Origin: Gnetum montanum
Lineage: Eukaryota > Plantae > Gnetophyta
DNA: 64,000 bases
Direction of reading: 5' to 3'
NCBI GenBank assembly: GCA_015680685.1
Contig: MNCI01001975.1
Location: forward strand, 334,262 to 398,261
Each line of letters begins with the position of its first letter. Positions within the stretch are counted from its first letter, which is position 1. Of this stretch, positions 11,312 to 24,556 are shown in pieces. The notes beneath the pieces were generated by a model. That model worked only from the letters and a program-made list of their open reading frames with translations. It did not search any database and was not told the DNA's origin. Made by a program: the position numbers and the translations under genes.

Positions 11312-14300
11312 TTAGGAGACTTTCTTCTGAAGCAAGGCTTGATGATGGTGATTATTTGGATCTCCGATATGACTCCATAGCTGTAATAAGAGAAACAACT
11401 GATTAGCATTCATCTTGAATTTTGGGGCTTGAGATATAATTTGGAAGTGAACATGCTGTAAAATTTGCATTTTTTCCGAAGTAGTTAGCAGTAAGGAGTT
11501 TGAAATAATTGTCTTTTGAAAATGTGTGGTACATCTACGTTTCCAAATATTATATAAGATTATGGGCCTAAGAATCTTCCATAGGAAATGAGAGTTTTTG
11601 GACCTGATAGGTAAGAAACCAAACATTACAGCCTCTTGTGTAAGAGTGCATGAGGGAAAAACCTTAGAGGCCCATTCCCATGCATGCTGAGCAAATGGGC
11701 AAAGCCAAAAAACATGGACAAAGGTTTCAGGGTCATTACATAAAGGGCACTTAGGGAGTGAATCCCGAGGTATGCTAAACGTTTCCCGATTGGGAGGCCT
11801 TGATGAAGAAAACACCAAAGGAATTGTTGAATTTTAGGAAGAGAAGGGAGATGCCAAATTTGGTTGAAAAGAGAGATCCAAAAATCCTCAGTTTCTTGTT
11901 TATTCCAGGATCGATTACAGCATAGAATGACTTCGGAAGAATCGTGTAACAATTGGAAGGGAACATGTGACCGATAAGGAAAATTTTTTGACCCATTAGA
12001 CCAATGGAGGCCATGAAATAGACCTTGGATAGTACCATCAAGGCGTAAAGATTGATGAAGAAAAGTATGTATTTGGTGAAAGCAAAGCCTCATTACTTTC
12101 GAAGCGCCATATAGGTTTTCAAACGCTTCCCAAGAAATCCATTGATTAGCAAGGCGAAGACAATTAAGGGAAATCACTCCCTTCCGATACCAAATAATGG
12201 CTAATCTTGCATTAGAAATGGCAAGAGGGGTAGGGTTCAAGGGTAACCACCAAGGGCAAAGCATGGGAAGGAGAGTAGGGTTAAGATGGATATTAGACCA
12301 TTTAATATGATGGTGGAGAACTTGCCAAGCCTTCCAAATGCTTTTGAATACATGGGAGCCAGGAATGGAGATAGAATGAGGAGAGAAAATCCAATTAATA
12401 GGATGGATGTTTTTCCAAAAAGGCTTATGTTTAGGAAAACTTTGATGAAGCCTTAGCTGGAGAAGATTTCCAATTATGTCAGAGGTGTCCAGATGTTGCA
12501 CAAGCCACTTAGCTACTAAGGTGAGTCCCTGTTTGTATGAATTCAACAGTCCTAATCCTCCTTTGTTTCTAGGAAGAGTGACAATGTTCCATGCAACACG
12601 ATGAAAACCACGCTGGGAATCTTTAGATGACCACATGAAGTCTCGAAATAATCGCTCCAAGTTTTGATAGGCTGTGTGGGAAGGAGCCCAGCATGAGGAA
12701 TAATATACATGGGTAGAAGCACAAATGGATTTACAAACAAGATATTTTCCTGCCAAGGTAAGGGGCTTAGTCTTCCACTTTTTAGTTTTCTTACGAATAC
12801 GAGAGATAACTAGCTCCCACAATGTAGAAGTAGGACCACGAAATCGAAAAGGGATTCCCAAGAGCTTCATGATCTCATGGTCTTGGATTAATTTCCATGG
12901 ATAGGTGGGGAGTTTACTATAATTGTTATGAAAACTATATACAGAAGATTTAGACCAATTAATGGTAGAACCAGAGAGAGAACAATATTGCTCTACTTGG
13001 GCTAAAAGACGTTTAACGTTATCGGTTGTATTTTGGATTAGAAAAAAAGAGTCATCAGCAAAATGCATATTAAGCAGTTGATGTTGAGGAGAGGAAAAGT
13101 GCATGCCATATAGCATACCTGAGTGAATATCGTGGTTAATTTGATGGCAAAGGAAATCCGCAGCAATTATAAAGAGATAAGGGGCAGGAGGACAACCTTG
13201 TCTTACTGATCTATGAATTACAAAGGGGGCGGTGATGCCAAAGGTGGTGGCTATTCTCGCATTAGCATTTGAGAAGAGACATTTCACCATATGAAGATAC
13301 TTGGAGCCAAAACCTAGTTTTGACATAGTTTGAAGGATGAAGTCCCACTTAATGTTGTCATAGGCCTTTGCGTAGTCCAATTTCATCAAAAGGATGTCTT
13401 GGCCATCATCCTCAGCCCACTGTAAACCTTCCCAAGCAGCCACAACATTATCTAAGATATAACGCCCTGGGACAAATCCGGTTTGTTGAGGGGATATAAT
13501 TTTATGAAGGAATTTTTTCAAACGTAAAGCTAAGCATTTGGCCCAAATTTTGTATACCACATTAAGAAGAGTAATGGGTCGCCAATTAGCTATACTAGTA
13601 GGGTCTCCTGATATGGGAAGGAGGCGAATAATCCCAAGATTTAAATTTGGTCCAAGAGAACCTAGATGGATAGCCTCTTTAATTACTTGGAAAAGGTCGT
13701 GGCCAACTAGATTCCAATGCCTCTGAAAAAACTCAACAGGGAAACCATCATATCCAGGAGCTTTCCCAGAGCTAAGTTTGAAACAAGCGTGGTGAAGCTC
13801 TTCTTGAGTGATATTAGCTTCGAGGATGTGAGACATGGATGAGTCAACTAACCTAGGATAGTTACACGTAGTGTCCTCAAATGATGAGAGATTCATTGGG
13901 GAAGCTATAAACAAGGCTTCAAAGTGCTCCTTAAGGTAAGAGAGGATACTCTCATGATCATTGATAATAACACCATCCCCAGCGAGAGTATCTGGGGATG
14001 GAATGGAAGGAGAGCTGTTAAGATATTTAAAAAATTCCTTACATTGCTCATCTTGAATCTTCAACCAAGTAAGTCTACTTTTGATTAAGGCACTGTGGGC
14101 CTTGTGGACTTCCCAAGATTGGAAAGTGGAGTGAACTTTAGCAAGTTCTTCGTGAATGTGGGTGTTAAAGGGTTCTATGGATAACCTTTCCGTAAGATTA
14201 TTAATAGTTGAACAAATGTTGTTGTACTCTTGTCTAGAACGAGAGGCCACTTCCTTGCCAAACTTCTGAGCAAAGTTCCTCACCCTACTAGTAGTTCGCA

Positions 14301-15177
14301 ACCACCATTGGATCCAACCCACCTGGCCAATGGGCCTAGGTTCGGCATTCCAAAGATTAGAAAGAAGATGTTGAGATGAAGGAGACTAGAATAAATTAGA
14401 GTGTAGGCGGAAGAGGTGGAATCTGGTCCTATGAGAAGTACGAAAGATTTGCATGGAAATGGCGATGGGATAATGGTCAGATAACGTAGCATGTTGGTGA
14501 ACCGTAGTGGTGGAGATTGCCCGCCAAAAGGATAGTGTGAAGAAGTAAAATCGATCTAGCCGACTATATATTCGAGCCTGACCTAGACGAAGGTTACTCC
14601 AAGTAAATCTATGGAGAGATCTGCTAGAGTTATCCGTGACTCCGTCAAGAAGATAAAATTGTTTTTTAAAGTCAGACCAATGTTGAAATTCATGAGGAGG
14701 AAGTCGAAAAGGAACTCCCCCAAGTTTATCGTGAGGAAATTCAATCATATTAAAATCTCCGCCAAAAGTCCAAGGAACAGAAGGAAGAGAAGAGGTTAGT
14801 TCCTACCATAAGTTAGCCCATTCCATGGAGTCATTTGGAGCATAAATAGAGCAAACCCCTAAGGGTCCTTTGGAGGAGGAGAAGATAGCCCAAGAAACTC
14901 TTTGTCTTGAATCGGAACCAGAATGGATGAGTTTGTCTTTCCAATGGGCTGAAATGAGAATAGCGGCTCCACCTTTTCCATACTCGTGGGAGGTAGCTAT
15001 GACTGAGGAGTGGGGAAGAAACCTATGAGCTGAAAATGCTAAGTCAGAGATTGAAATTTTATTTTCCTGAAGAAGGATGAAATCAAAGGAGGTATTCAGA
15101 CTAGAGAGAAAATTGCTAGCCCTTTTACTTCGAAGCCTATCTGTAAGGCTGCGAACATTCCAAGATACTAAATTCAT
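11312..15177 (-). pseudogene. L1 ORF2: APE endonuclease, reverse transcriptase, zf-RVT
   Basis: MNLVSWNVRSL, ILLQE, YSRLDRFY, SDHYPI; GKAPGYDG, NWRPITLLN, QTGFVPGR, LDYAKAYD, RQGCP, HFADDS; CPLCNDPETFVHVFWLC. Two in-frame TAG stops (14803, 14386) and one frameshift near 11760. Confidence 0.95.
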
Positions 15178-16840
15178 GAGGAGGTAGAAGATGCAGGTAA
15201 GGAAAGAACTTTAGAGGATTTGATGGTTGATGTATCCTCTTCCATTATGTTGGAGAGGACAACTAAGGGGTCGTTTGTATTAACTGGGACTACAGAAGAG
15301 GCTATATGAGAGGGAGATAATGGAGGGTCAGAAAAGGAGGAGGGTTTAGCTCTTTTCCTGCCCCCTTCATTCCCTCCCTCAATGGTTAAAATAGAGTCCT
15401 TGAAAGATTTAGACTGGGTGACTTTAGCTTGCGAAGTGATCTTTATAGAGGGGCTAGAATGAGGGACCTGTGTGGTAGAGGATTTAGGTTTGGAGAGAAA
15501 ACTAGAGGTCTTGTGGGGAGTGGCTGCAAATTTGAATGTTTTCGGTGGGACTTGAGTTTCATCTATAGGGGAAGAATGGTGTTGTGAAGGGTTGTTTGCA
15601 TTTTTCTTCCTAGCTAAGGAAGGGTAGGCCGAGATGTGATCAGCTCGATGACAATAGCTACAAGAGTTTGGAAGGTAAAAATAATCAAATTTTTGTGTGA
15701 ACAATTTTCCTTTAGCCGCTAATGTGAGAGAGGTTTTCTTGTGAGAGATGTCTAGTTCTATACAGTAGCGACGAAACTAAATTCCATTAACCTCTACTCC
15801 ATGATTAGAGATAATGTGACCTAGGGTACTGACAATGTCTCTCGCAAAGGTGGAAAAAATAAGAGGAAGATTAGGTAACTTCACATAATAGGGGATAGTT
15901 TTATAGGCCAGGTTAGTGACATCGAAGTCAAATTTCGATGGACGGACGACCAGGGTGGCATTTTGTGCTGGGAAAAAATAGGCTGAAAGGGCTTTCTTGA
16001 CATGAGAAGCATCAGAGAGTTCTGCGAGCACAAAGTTTCGAGCATAATATCGGGCATAGGAAACGGTTATGCCATGAGATTGTAGAACAAATTTGATGTA
16101 CAAATTGAGATTTACGGATCGGGGAATAAAACCCATAATTTGAATAAAAATGAACCAGGATGCAAATTCTTTAGCTACATTATCAAAAAGATCGTCCAGA
16201 ATAAAAAAATCAACATTAGTGGAGTTGGGGAAACTTCCCTGCTACGAGGAACCAGACGGGCTGTGAGACGCATCCATGACTACACTGGTGAACCCGTTGA
16301 TGCCAAACCACCTCAAGGATTCCGAAAAACCAGGGGTTTCTGAAAAAACAGCGGCAAGATGAATAGAGCGTGGATCTGTGCAGGCGGCGGTGGCGGCAGC
16401 GACGGCGGCAGCAGCAGCAGTGGAAGCAGGGTGTGAGACTGGAAGCGGCGATTAAGGAGGGTGTGAGTTTTGTGCAGAGCGAGGGCGTCGACGGGAGGAT
16501 CGGGCAGAACCAAAATGTGGAGTGTCTGAAAAATGTGCAGATCTGAAACGTGAGGAAACTACAAGGCCTAGAAAACGCATGGATCTGGAACATGAGAAGT
16601 CTGCAGAGCCAAAGGCAGATCTGGATCCTCTGCTTGAAGATCTGGAACCGCTGCCAGCAGATCTGGGATCACGACCTGTAGATCAGAGATTGCGGCCTGC
16701 AGATCAGAGATCGCGGCCTGCAGATCAAAGATCTGCAGAGGTGGAATGCCCGCGGCTGTGACTATGTCCGCAGCTGCAACTACGACTGCGGCAGTGTTCT
16801 GAGGGGTTGCTGCCGGAGGAGAGGTCGTCGCGGTGAGCAC
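15174..16840 (-). pseudogene. L1 ORF1 (heptad/Pro-rich N-terminus, DUF4283-like region, degenerate CCHC knuckle)
   Basis: IPYYVKLPNLPL...RRYCIELD...LPNSCSYCHRADHISAYP; in-frame stop at 15777 and breaks upstream; TGA stop overlaps the ORF2 ATG (ATGA, 15174-15177). Confidence 0.8.
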
Positions 16841-18449
16841 CGTTGCCAGGGGAGCACCAAAGACCGGAAACCGTGAAAAAACCTAAAATCTGAATTTGAT
16901 TGCAGGTGTAGTTGTTTGAAAGATATTAGGTTTTGCTTATCCATGGCCCCTCCCAAGACTCCACCTTGCCAAATAAGTATTGAGCCTCTTGATAATGGTT
17001 CATTAATAATAAGTAGAAAATTCTAAAACAATCTAAATCAAAACACCTATAAAAGATTGCTAAATACTTGAATTATTATGTAGTATGCATCCTCACCAAG
17101 ATTAATCCTTAGTAATTTATAAAATACATTACATAATTCTTTTTTATGCACCGTTTATATATTAATGCAGTTTCTCTAGTTTTCCAATAAATCAATTTGT
17201 CATCAATAGTGGACTATACTTCTTCAATCTTACATGGTTTAGTTTAAATTTCATTTGTAATTCTTTTGCCAACAACTCTTTATCATACCTATGTAAGTTG
17301 GACGAGATTCTCATTTTGCTCTTTATCTTTATTGTTACTTTAACTTCATAAGGGAGTTGTGGTATTTCAAACTTCTCTAGTTGACAAGAATTGACTCTAA
17401 ACAATACATACGTTAGATAAGATTTTTATTTTACTCTTCCCATACAAGTCTTTATTACTTTTTCATCTATATAATGTAATAAAATTTTAATATATCAACT
17501 CTTTAGCTAAGAGGATTTGACTCCAATACATCCTTTCCATTGGTCTATGAGTTAATATTATGCATATTTTTTTGTTAATTTCAGTGAAAATATGAATAAT
17601 GATAAAATAAAAGTAATAATACAAGGTTTAAAAAATCATTCATTGTAAACAGTTCAACTAATTAGAATCATGTTATAATCAAATGGTAAATTTGATAAGG
17701 ATAGAAGAAATATTTTTTAGGGGAAGGGGTGTTAGACCCCAAAAACAAAATGTATTATAAAAAAAATTAGAGTACAATCAAAGAGAAGCACTAAAGAGAG
17801 TGAAACTCTAACATAGTAAAAATGGAAAGACCTCACTCTTTTGAGGATGTCATTTTAATTTTTCATCCTTCTTTTCAATTCTAAAAAACCTCTACTTTGA
17901 GAAAGGAAAAGGATCTTACCAAAAAGTATGCTTTTGGGTTTTCACTTCCTACTAAGGGCTTTTTGTAAATGAAATAGAAAAAAATTAAAGGATATATTCA
18001 AGGTTGCAACTAAAGCATGAGCTATTAAATGATAATACGTTGAGTTGATGAAGGAATAATATTAATTGATGGATCTTTACAAGAAATCACATTACATTGA
18101 AACTTCCAAATGACATAAAGAATAAGGAATCAAAAGCAAAACCAAATGTGAAGAAAAAATCCTCAAAGTTAAGGAATATCATCATATAATACTTCCTTTA
18201 ACCTTGGCTTAAAGCCAAGTAAATATGAGCAGCACCAAGAATAAGAACTTTGAACAAAAGAACAAGTAAAATAGAAATAGATGAATGAGACTTCCTTATT
18301 GTAAAGAAGACATTTAAGATCATGAGCACATAAATGAAAGGGATGAAGATTAATAGGAAAACCTTGATGAATCAAATACCCTAAAAAATTCTTAATATTT
18401 GAAAGAGTGGAAGAACTCTATATCTTCTAAATTTAATACTTTTAAAAGT

Positions 18450-19070
18450 TGATGAGTGGTGAGAATTCCCCTACATCCAACAATACAACTTACAAGTATT
18501 GCATGCAACCTAATTGTAATTTGTGAATGTGTTAATGTAATTTCTAGAGAGATAATGTGTAGTTCATTAATCATTGCCTTCCCACTAGAGTTAGTTATGA
18601 TTAAGATGTATGATTTAACTCATAATGAGGTATATGATATAATGATGTTATTTAGCTATAATAACATTCAAGTAAAATATGGTAATTAATTGTTCAAACT
18701 GATTATTCTAATGAACAATAAAAGTAAATCCTATATTAGCCTAGAACAATGAGCATCCATTCCCAACTTGTTATACATGCCTTGAACTAGCATAACTGTT
18801 ATTAGGATTAGCAAGGAATATGCTTTTAGGCAAACCAAATGTTATCACTACTAGGATACGAAACAACTATATATTATGCTCGAAAATGGTTGTACTCATT
18901 TTTCCAAATTGCTATTATGCAATGGAAATGTAAATGACATTAGTAATGTAAATAACATAGAAATATAAAGTGCATTAGAAAGTAAAGGTCTATTCTAAGT
19001 GAAATGTTGCAATGAATAAGAATATCTCAATCTTATTAGCATCATGGAATTGTGTCTTGGAAATGAAACC
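18450..19070 (-). mobile_element. Truncated LTR copy (Athila-like family)
   Basis: Starts TGATGAG and is a direct homolog of 19073-19690. Confidence 0.75.
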
Positions 19071-22000
19071 AATGATGAGTAGCGAGAGTTCCCCTATGCT
19101 TAACCATACAAAATACAAGCATTGTGTGCAACCTAACAGTAATCCATTGATGAGTTAATGTAATTTCTATAGAGTTAATGTGTAAATTATTGATCATTTT
19201 CTTTTGACAAGAGCTGGTTATGATCAAGGTGTATGTCTTAACACATAGTAAGTTATATGATATAATGATGCTATTTAACTATAATAACACTAAAGAAAGA
19301 TATGATTATTGATTGTGTAAACTAATTATTCTAATGAATAGTAAAAGTAAATTCTATATTAGTCTAAAGTAATGAGAATCTATTCCCAAGTTGTTGTACA
19401 AGTCCTAAACTAGTGTAACTATTATTGGAATTACCAAGCAATACACTAGTAGCCAAACTATGCATTATCACTACTGGGATATGAAACAACTATATGTTAT
19501 ACTCAAAACTAGTAATACTCATTCCACTAGGTTACCATTATGTAGTAGAAATGTAATGACACCATCAATGTAAATAAAAAGGAAATGTAAATTGCATTAG
19601 AAAGTAAAACATCTATTCTAAATAAAATGCTACAATGGATAACAATGATCTTGATCTTATTATTGTCATAGACATACATCTAGGTAGAATGTCACTCAAA
19701 TAAGACTTTGTATAATCACTTCAAGTTCACTCTGCAGGCACTCACAAACTAACAATAAATTCATAGAATAAAATTACAAGTGATGAGCGGCGAGGTACCC
19801 CTACACTCAATCATATGAATACGAGCGTTCATGCACGATCTGGTCCAACTCCGTGGATAGGCTAGTTGTGGTATCTAGATAGTTACACATTGATCGCAGT
19901 TCACTGTCTTCCCACCTGGACTAGTATTTTCTTTGTCACGTATGGTTTAGTCCAGAGTGAGGCGTATGATGTGATCCTAGACTAGTGCTACTCATAGAGA
20001 CAATGGAAAATAATCTTGATTAAACTAATGAGCAATAAAAAATCAGTCTAAGCTAGCCTAAGTGTGATGAGCATTCGTTCCTTAATCATCCATACACATC
20101 TTGGAACTTGTGCATGACTACTACTGGGATTAGCAAGTGTAGATCCTAGGTACGCTACTAAGTTACCAGGTAGTCACACTTAAATGCTCATGATTAAGTT
20201 GTACTCATTCTGTAGTTAACAACAAGAATAGTAAATGATGATAAAGAAATATTAACTAAGAAAAAAATAAATAAAAATGATAATTAACAATAACAATCAA
20301 ACAATTAAAATTAAGTGAATGTTGCAATGATGAAGTAATCTCGATCTTTATTTCCGGTCATGTGCACGTCCAAGTACGTCACACTTGAATAAAGGTGTCG
20401 TACAATTACAAACATCACACTATGGGCATACACTTGGGAAAATAATCTAACTTCTATGAAAACAAAATGCAAGAGCTTTGCTACAATTGACAAAAAGGTA
20501 CCTAAGTGTGGCGGAGGGTCACTTATTTATAGGCTAAAAATAGACTTTGTGTAAATAGGACCGCATCGATGCATGGGTGGATGTGTCGATAGTATGGGGC
20601 CCCGTATACCTGACGTAGTTAATGCAACCCTGATATAGGGGCTTTGATATTGGGGATCCAATATCGGGGCCTATCAAACCAGGGCTCTGATAATAGGGCT
20701 TCGATAACTTGGCCTGACAGACCATGACTCATCATACCCCCACGACTGAATAACAACTCATCCTCAAGTCAAAGAAAGTGAGGAACAAGTTCAATTGATT
20801 ACACAGTGGATAGGTATGGGATTATTGACTGACTAGGAATTTATTCATGCCGCAGTGGAGAATTAAACAAAATTTGGACACAGACACAAAAGATAAAACT
20901 TGTGGAAATCATGGGGTTCCCAGTAGTGGTGGCTCCTCCATGGGTGCCTCTCCTTTGTTTTGTGCATCATGCTCTGAGATTGATATCATTGAAGAAGCAC
21001 CTAATGTTTCTTCTCTTCTATTTGAGGATTATGAGTTGTCCATACTAATGTTCCAATGTTTGATGGAGTCAGCACTTTTCATAGAAACGATATCTATAGG
21101 AATACTTGATTGGCCTTGACATGCATGCTGCAAATAGCCATCATTCCTCTTCATAGGCTTGGGCCCTAACCTCTCCTCCTTTTGCTTGGATAGATTATGA
21201 AATAATTGGAGTTCCATGATGGATGCTGAATGCTTGTGCCTTCTACTCTACATGTTCTACATGAGATCCTTAGCCTTTGCTTTTTCCAGGTCATTTGGTT
21301 GCACCTTGAGAAGGTCCTCCTTATTATCTTATTTTACGGGCCATCTATAATCACACAAAGATCAATTTTTAGTAAGGTTATTGAAAAAAGTTCAATGATT
21401 TCATACCTTAATCATTTCCTTTAATAAATATTGAATTCTTTACTTAGTGTGATCTTAGAGTTAGAAATTTTTCAAGGAAGTTGTCCTAAAAGTTTAATGT
21501 CAGACCTAGTTTTGAGGAACGTTTGATAAAATGATGACAAAGAAAGGAATAGATTTGGCAATGAAGTACTCGGAGGGCATAAGATGATGTGGTGGTGTGC
21601 AACAAGTACAAATTACAAAATTCACACAAGTGGATCCTCCCCAAAGCAGGTTCCAACCTATATGCCCTTGCGTAACCACACCTTAAGATGTTGGTAGGCA
21701 CTAGAAGGGTTAAATGTAATCTATACTAATGCACAAAACACACACATGTTGATACCACCGTGATGAGGTATGAATTCAATGCTATATAAGACATGAGTCA
21801 CAAATACATGAACAGGGAGATGGAATGAATTGGAGAAGGGGTTGCGGAGATTGGGACGTGAGGTAACTGACTTAGGGCACAATGAATCTTGAGTGTAGGG
21901 CATGATTAATGTGTCATTAGCCCATCGTTCCAAAATCAAGACCAAGTCAATTCCTCTGATTAGTGACATTGCATCATTTCATCCAATGATGGACAACCAT

Positions 22001-22117
22001 AAGAGCACCATGACAGCAAGGCATATGATCAGTTGGCGTTTTGTGCAAGGGAGGAGTGACTTGGAATTTCTTTGTAGCATACTTTTTGTTTGGCCGCTTT
22101 GGCACACTCTCTTTTCC

Positions 22118-22123
22118 CTCTCT

Positions 22124-22168
<45 letters not shown>
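22118..22168. repeat. (CT)n microsatellite
   Basis: Interrupted CT run; explains the spurious poly-ER and poly-LS ORFs here. Confidence 0.95.
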
Positions 22169-23324
22169 TTGTTTTTTTTGTTGGATGCCTTTAATACTCT
22201 TACTCCCATCTTTAGTTACATCTACAAGGATCTTACTACAACCAAGCTGCATGATAGCACCTACAGATGTCACCAAAAATAATCCACAAGTTCCCTTGAT
22301 GTCACACCCTAGCCATTTCCTCTTAGTCCATCATTCTTCACTCTGGGCATAATGAGCACAAAATTACTTTAATTTTTAATGATGTCAAGAATATCATCAT
22401 ACCTAGAGTAGAACCTCTTATTAATAGAATGGTTGGGTGGATGTGATGGGCTTGCTGTTCAAATAATTAGTCACCTTAGACTTGATAGCATAGAACAACA
22501 CCTCAACCAACGAGTCACATGAGTGTTTTATTCGTAGATGAGATTACTCATAAAAAGATAAAAATATAAAATAATAAATTAAAAGATGAAAAACCAGAAA
22601 AAAAAGTTGAAAAATTAAAGAAACAGAAAACATTTATTAATTCTATGTTGTTAGAATGGAGGATACCCCACATAACTAAATGGTTGAGCATGGCTAGAAT
22701 TAATAAATGGAAGGTGGGGATCCCTGCATGTTGAAAATATTGGAACTTGGTCATACTTACCCCATTGGGGTTCACACACTTGATTAGAGTTGACATAGTG
22801 GGGCAAGTTATAAGATGTGGTTAATTTATAAGGAGTTGACTCACTATGGTACTTATGACCGTAAGATGGTATGTAAGGATCAGCATGTCTCCCCATGTGG
22901 CAATATTAATTGGGCCCCATGGTTGTTGGAGTATTGAGTGGTGGCCTTGATAAGGTAACATGAGGCTTTGGATTTGAAGAGGAATATGCACCATAGTGTT
23001 GGATTTGTGCTGAGTTGGTGGATGCAGTGGTTTGTAAACTGTGGTGTCCCTTTTGATGGTCACATCTAAAGAAGGGACACCTTCAATGTTGTGAAAGACC
23101 TCCATTGCTATTGACAGTAGCAGCACAAGTAACGTTTGCAGGTTGGTGCTATGATGCAAAATCTTCTAGCATAGATAATGGTGATGTAGAAGGGGGTGAA
23201 GTATGAGAATATTGAGGTTGAGAAGAAGTGTAAGGCACATGAGGTGGTGATCTTGTTGAAGAGGACATGGGTGGACAGTACTCGGGAGAATGATAAAGAT
23301 GAGGTGAGGTAGAGGGTGCTGATC

Positions 23325-24299
23325 CTATTGGAGAAATAGGGTGTTGAACATAATAAACATTTGGTGTTGGGACATATGAAGGGTATGGTCTAGTTGGCTG
23401 TGGCCTCCCACATGACTGAGGTTTTTACCACTGTGGTTGAACTTGATATTTCTATAGGAAATATGGATGTAACATTCCTTCCCAATGCTCATACAAATTT
23501 GACAAAACTGGACATTGGCCTTTGGGGTGATCGTACAAATAGACATTACATTGATATGTGAAATTGGTAGTTGAGTTCCTATTCTTATTCTCTTTAACAC
23601 TTCTTTCTGATTGTCGCGTGGTGTCCTATCCTGTTTCTCGATTTGGCATAGTTCTTCCTCTAATAATGTTGGCATATTCTCCACATCTTTCATCTACCTA
23701 GTCCATCATCTTATTGATCTTTGCCTAAATTTCATCTAGTGATTGTAGGATTCACAAAGATGATTCCACCTTCTTGAAGTGAGTGGATTTCTCCTCTTCA
23801 TGATCATGGACCCTTGTTAAGTTGAGATTTTGGTCCTATTGAGAACTTTCAACATTCTCCCATTAGGCTATTTCTCCTTCTTCTTTTGCTACCTACTTAA
23901 TAAGCTCTTGGAATTGATGGGTTCATAGCTCATATAGTTGACCTCGGGTGTACATCCCTAGGATCTCTCTTATTTCATTACAGAGCCCATCTATGATGTG
24001 GTACATTAGCATTTCCTCTAAGAACCCATGGCCTGGACAGTTGTATAACAGTGCATAATATCTTTCTAAGGCCATGTCCAAGGGTTGATGTTGCACTTGT
24101 TTCCATTCTTGGGATTTGTCTCCTCAAGGCTGAAACTCTTGCATAGGTTTGATATCTTTCGTTGAAAAGTTCTACCATTGTCGGCCAACGTCGAATTGAT
24201 TTTGGTTTTAACAACCTATACCATACTTTTTCTTGGCCAACGAGTGTCAGAGGAAAGAGCTTAAGTTTTTGCCACCCATTATCAATATCGTTCCATACA
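23325..24299 (-). pseudogene. gag: Athila-type gag (decayed)
   Basis: KLKLFPLTLVGQEKVWYRLLKPKSIRRWPTMVELFNERY...LERYYALLYNCPGHG...IIDGL matches Athila gag (LFPFSLxGxAKxW...WERFKxLLRxCPHHG...FYNGL). Confidence 0.8.
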
Positions 24300-24537
24300 N
24301 NNNNNNNNNNNNNNNNNNNNNNNNNNNNNNNNNNNNNNNNNNNNNNNNNNNNNNNNNNNNNNNNNNNNNNNNNNNNNNNNNNNNNNNNNNNNNNNNNNNN
24401 NNNNNNNNNNNNNNNNNNNNNNNNNNNNNNNNNNNNATTTAATTACAATTATTATTATTATTTTTCTGAAAGATATATCGTCAAGGCTTTGTTACAATGA
24501 TCTTGTATGATGTAACTAATCTAAATAACTAGCACCA

Positions 24538-24556
24538 TCCTTAACAACGGCGCCAA
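24538..24556 (-). promoter_or_regulatory. Primer binding site (Athila-type TGGCGCCGTTG)
   Basis: Reverse complement of CAACGGCGCCAA, directly abutting the LTR. Confidence 0.85.

Larger units (their letters stand above)
11000..16970 (-). mobile_element. Near full-length L1-clade LINE
   Basis: ORF1 plus ORF2 (endonuclease, RT, zf-RVT); flanked by 9-bp TSD AAATAAGTA at 10991-10999 and 16971-16979. Confidence 0.95.

Noticed and set aside
21902-22352. Several overlapping 76-126 aa ORFs
   Set aside because: Produced by the (CT)n microsatellite.
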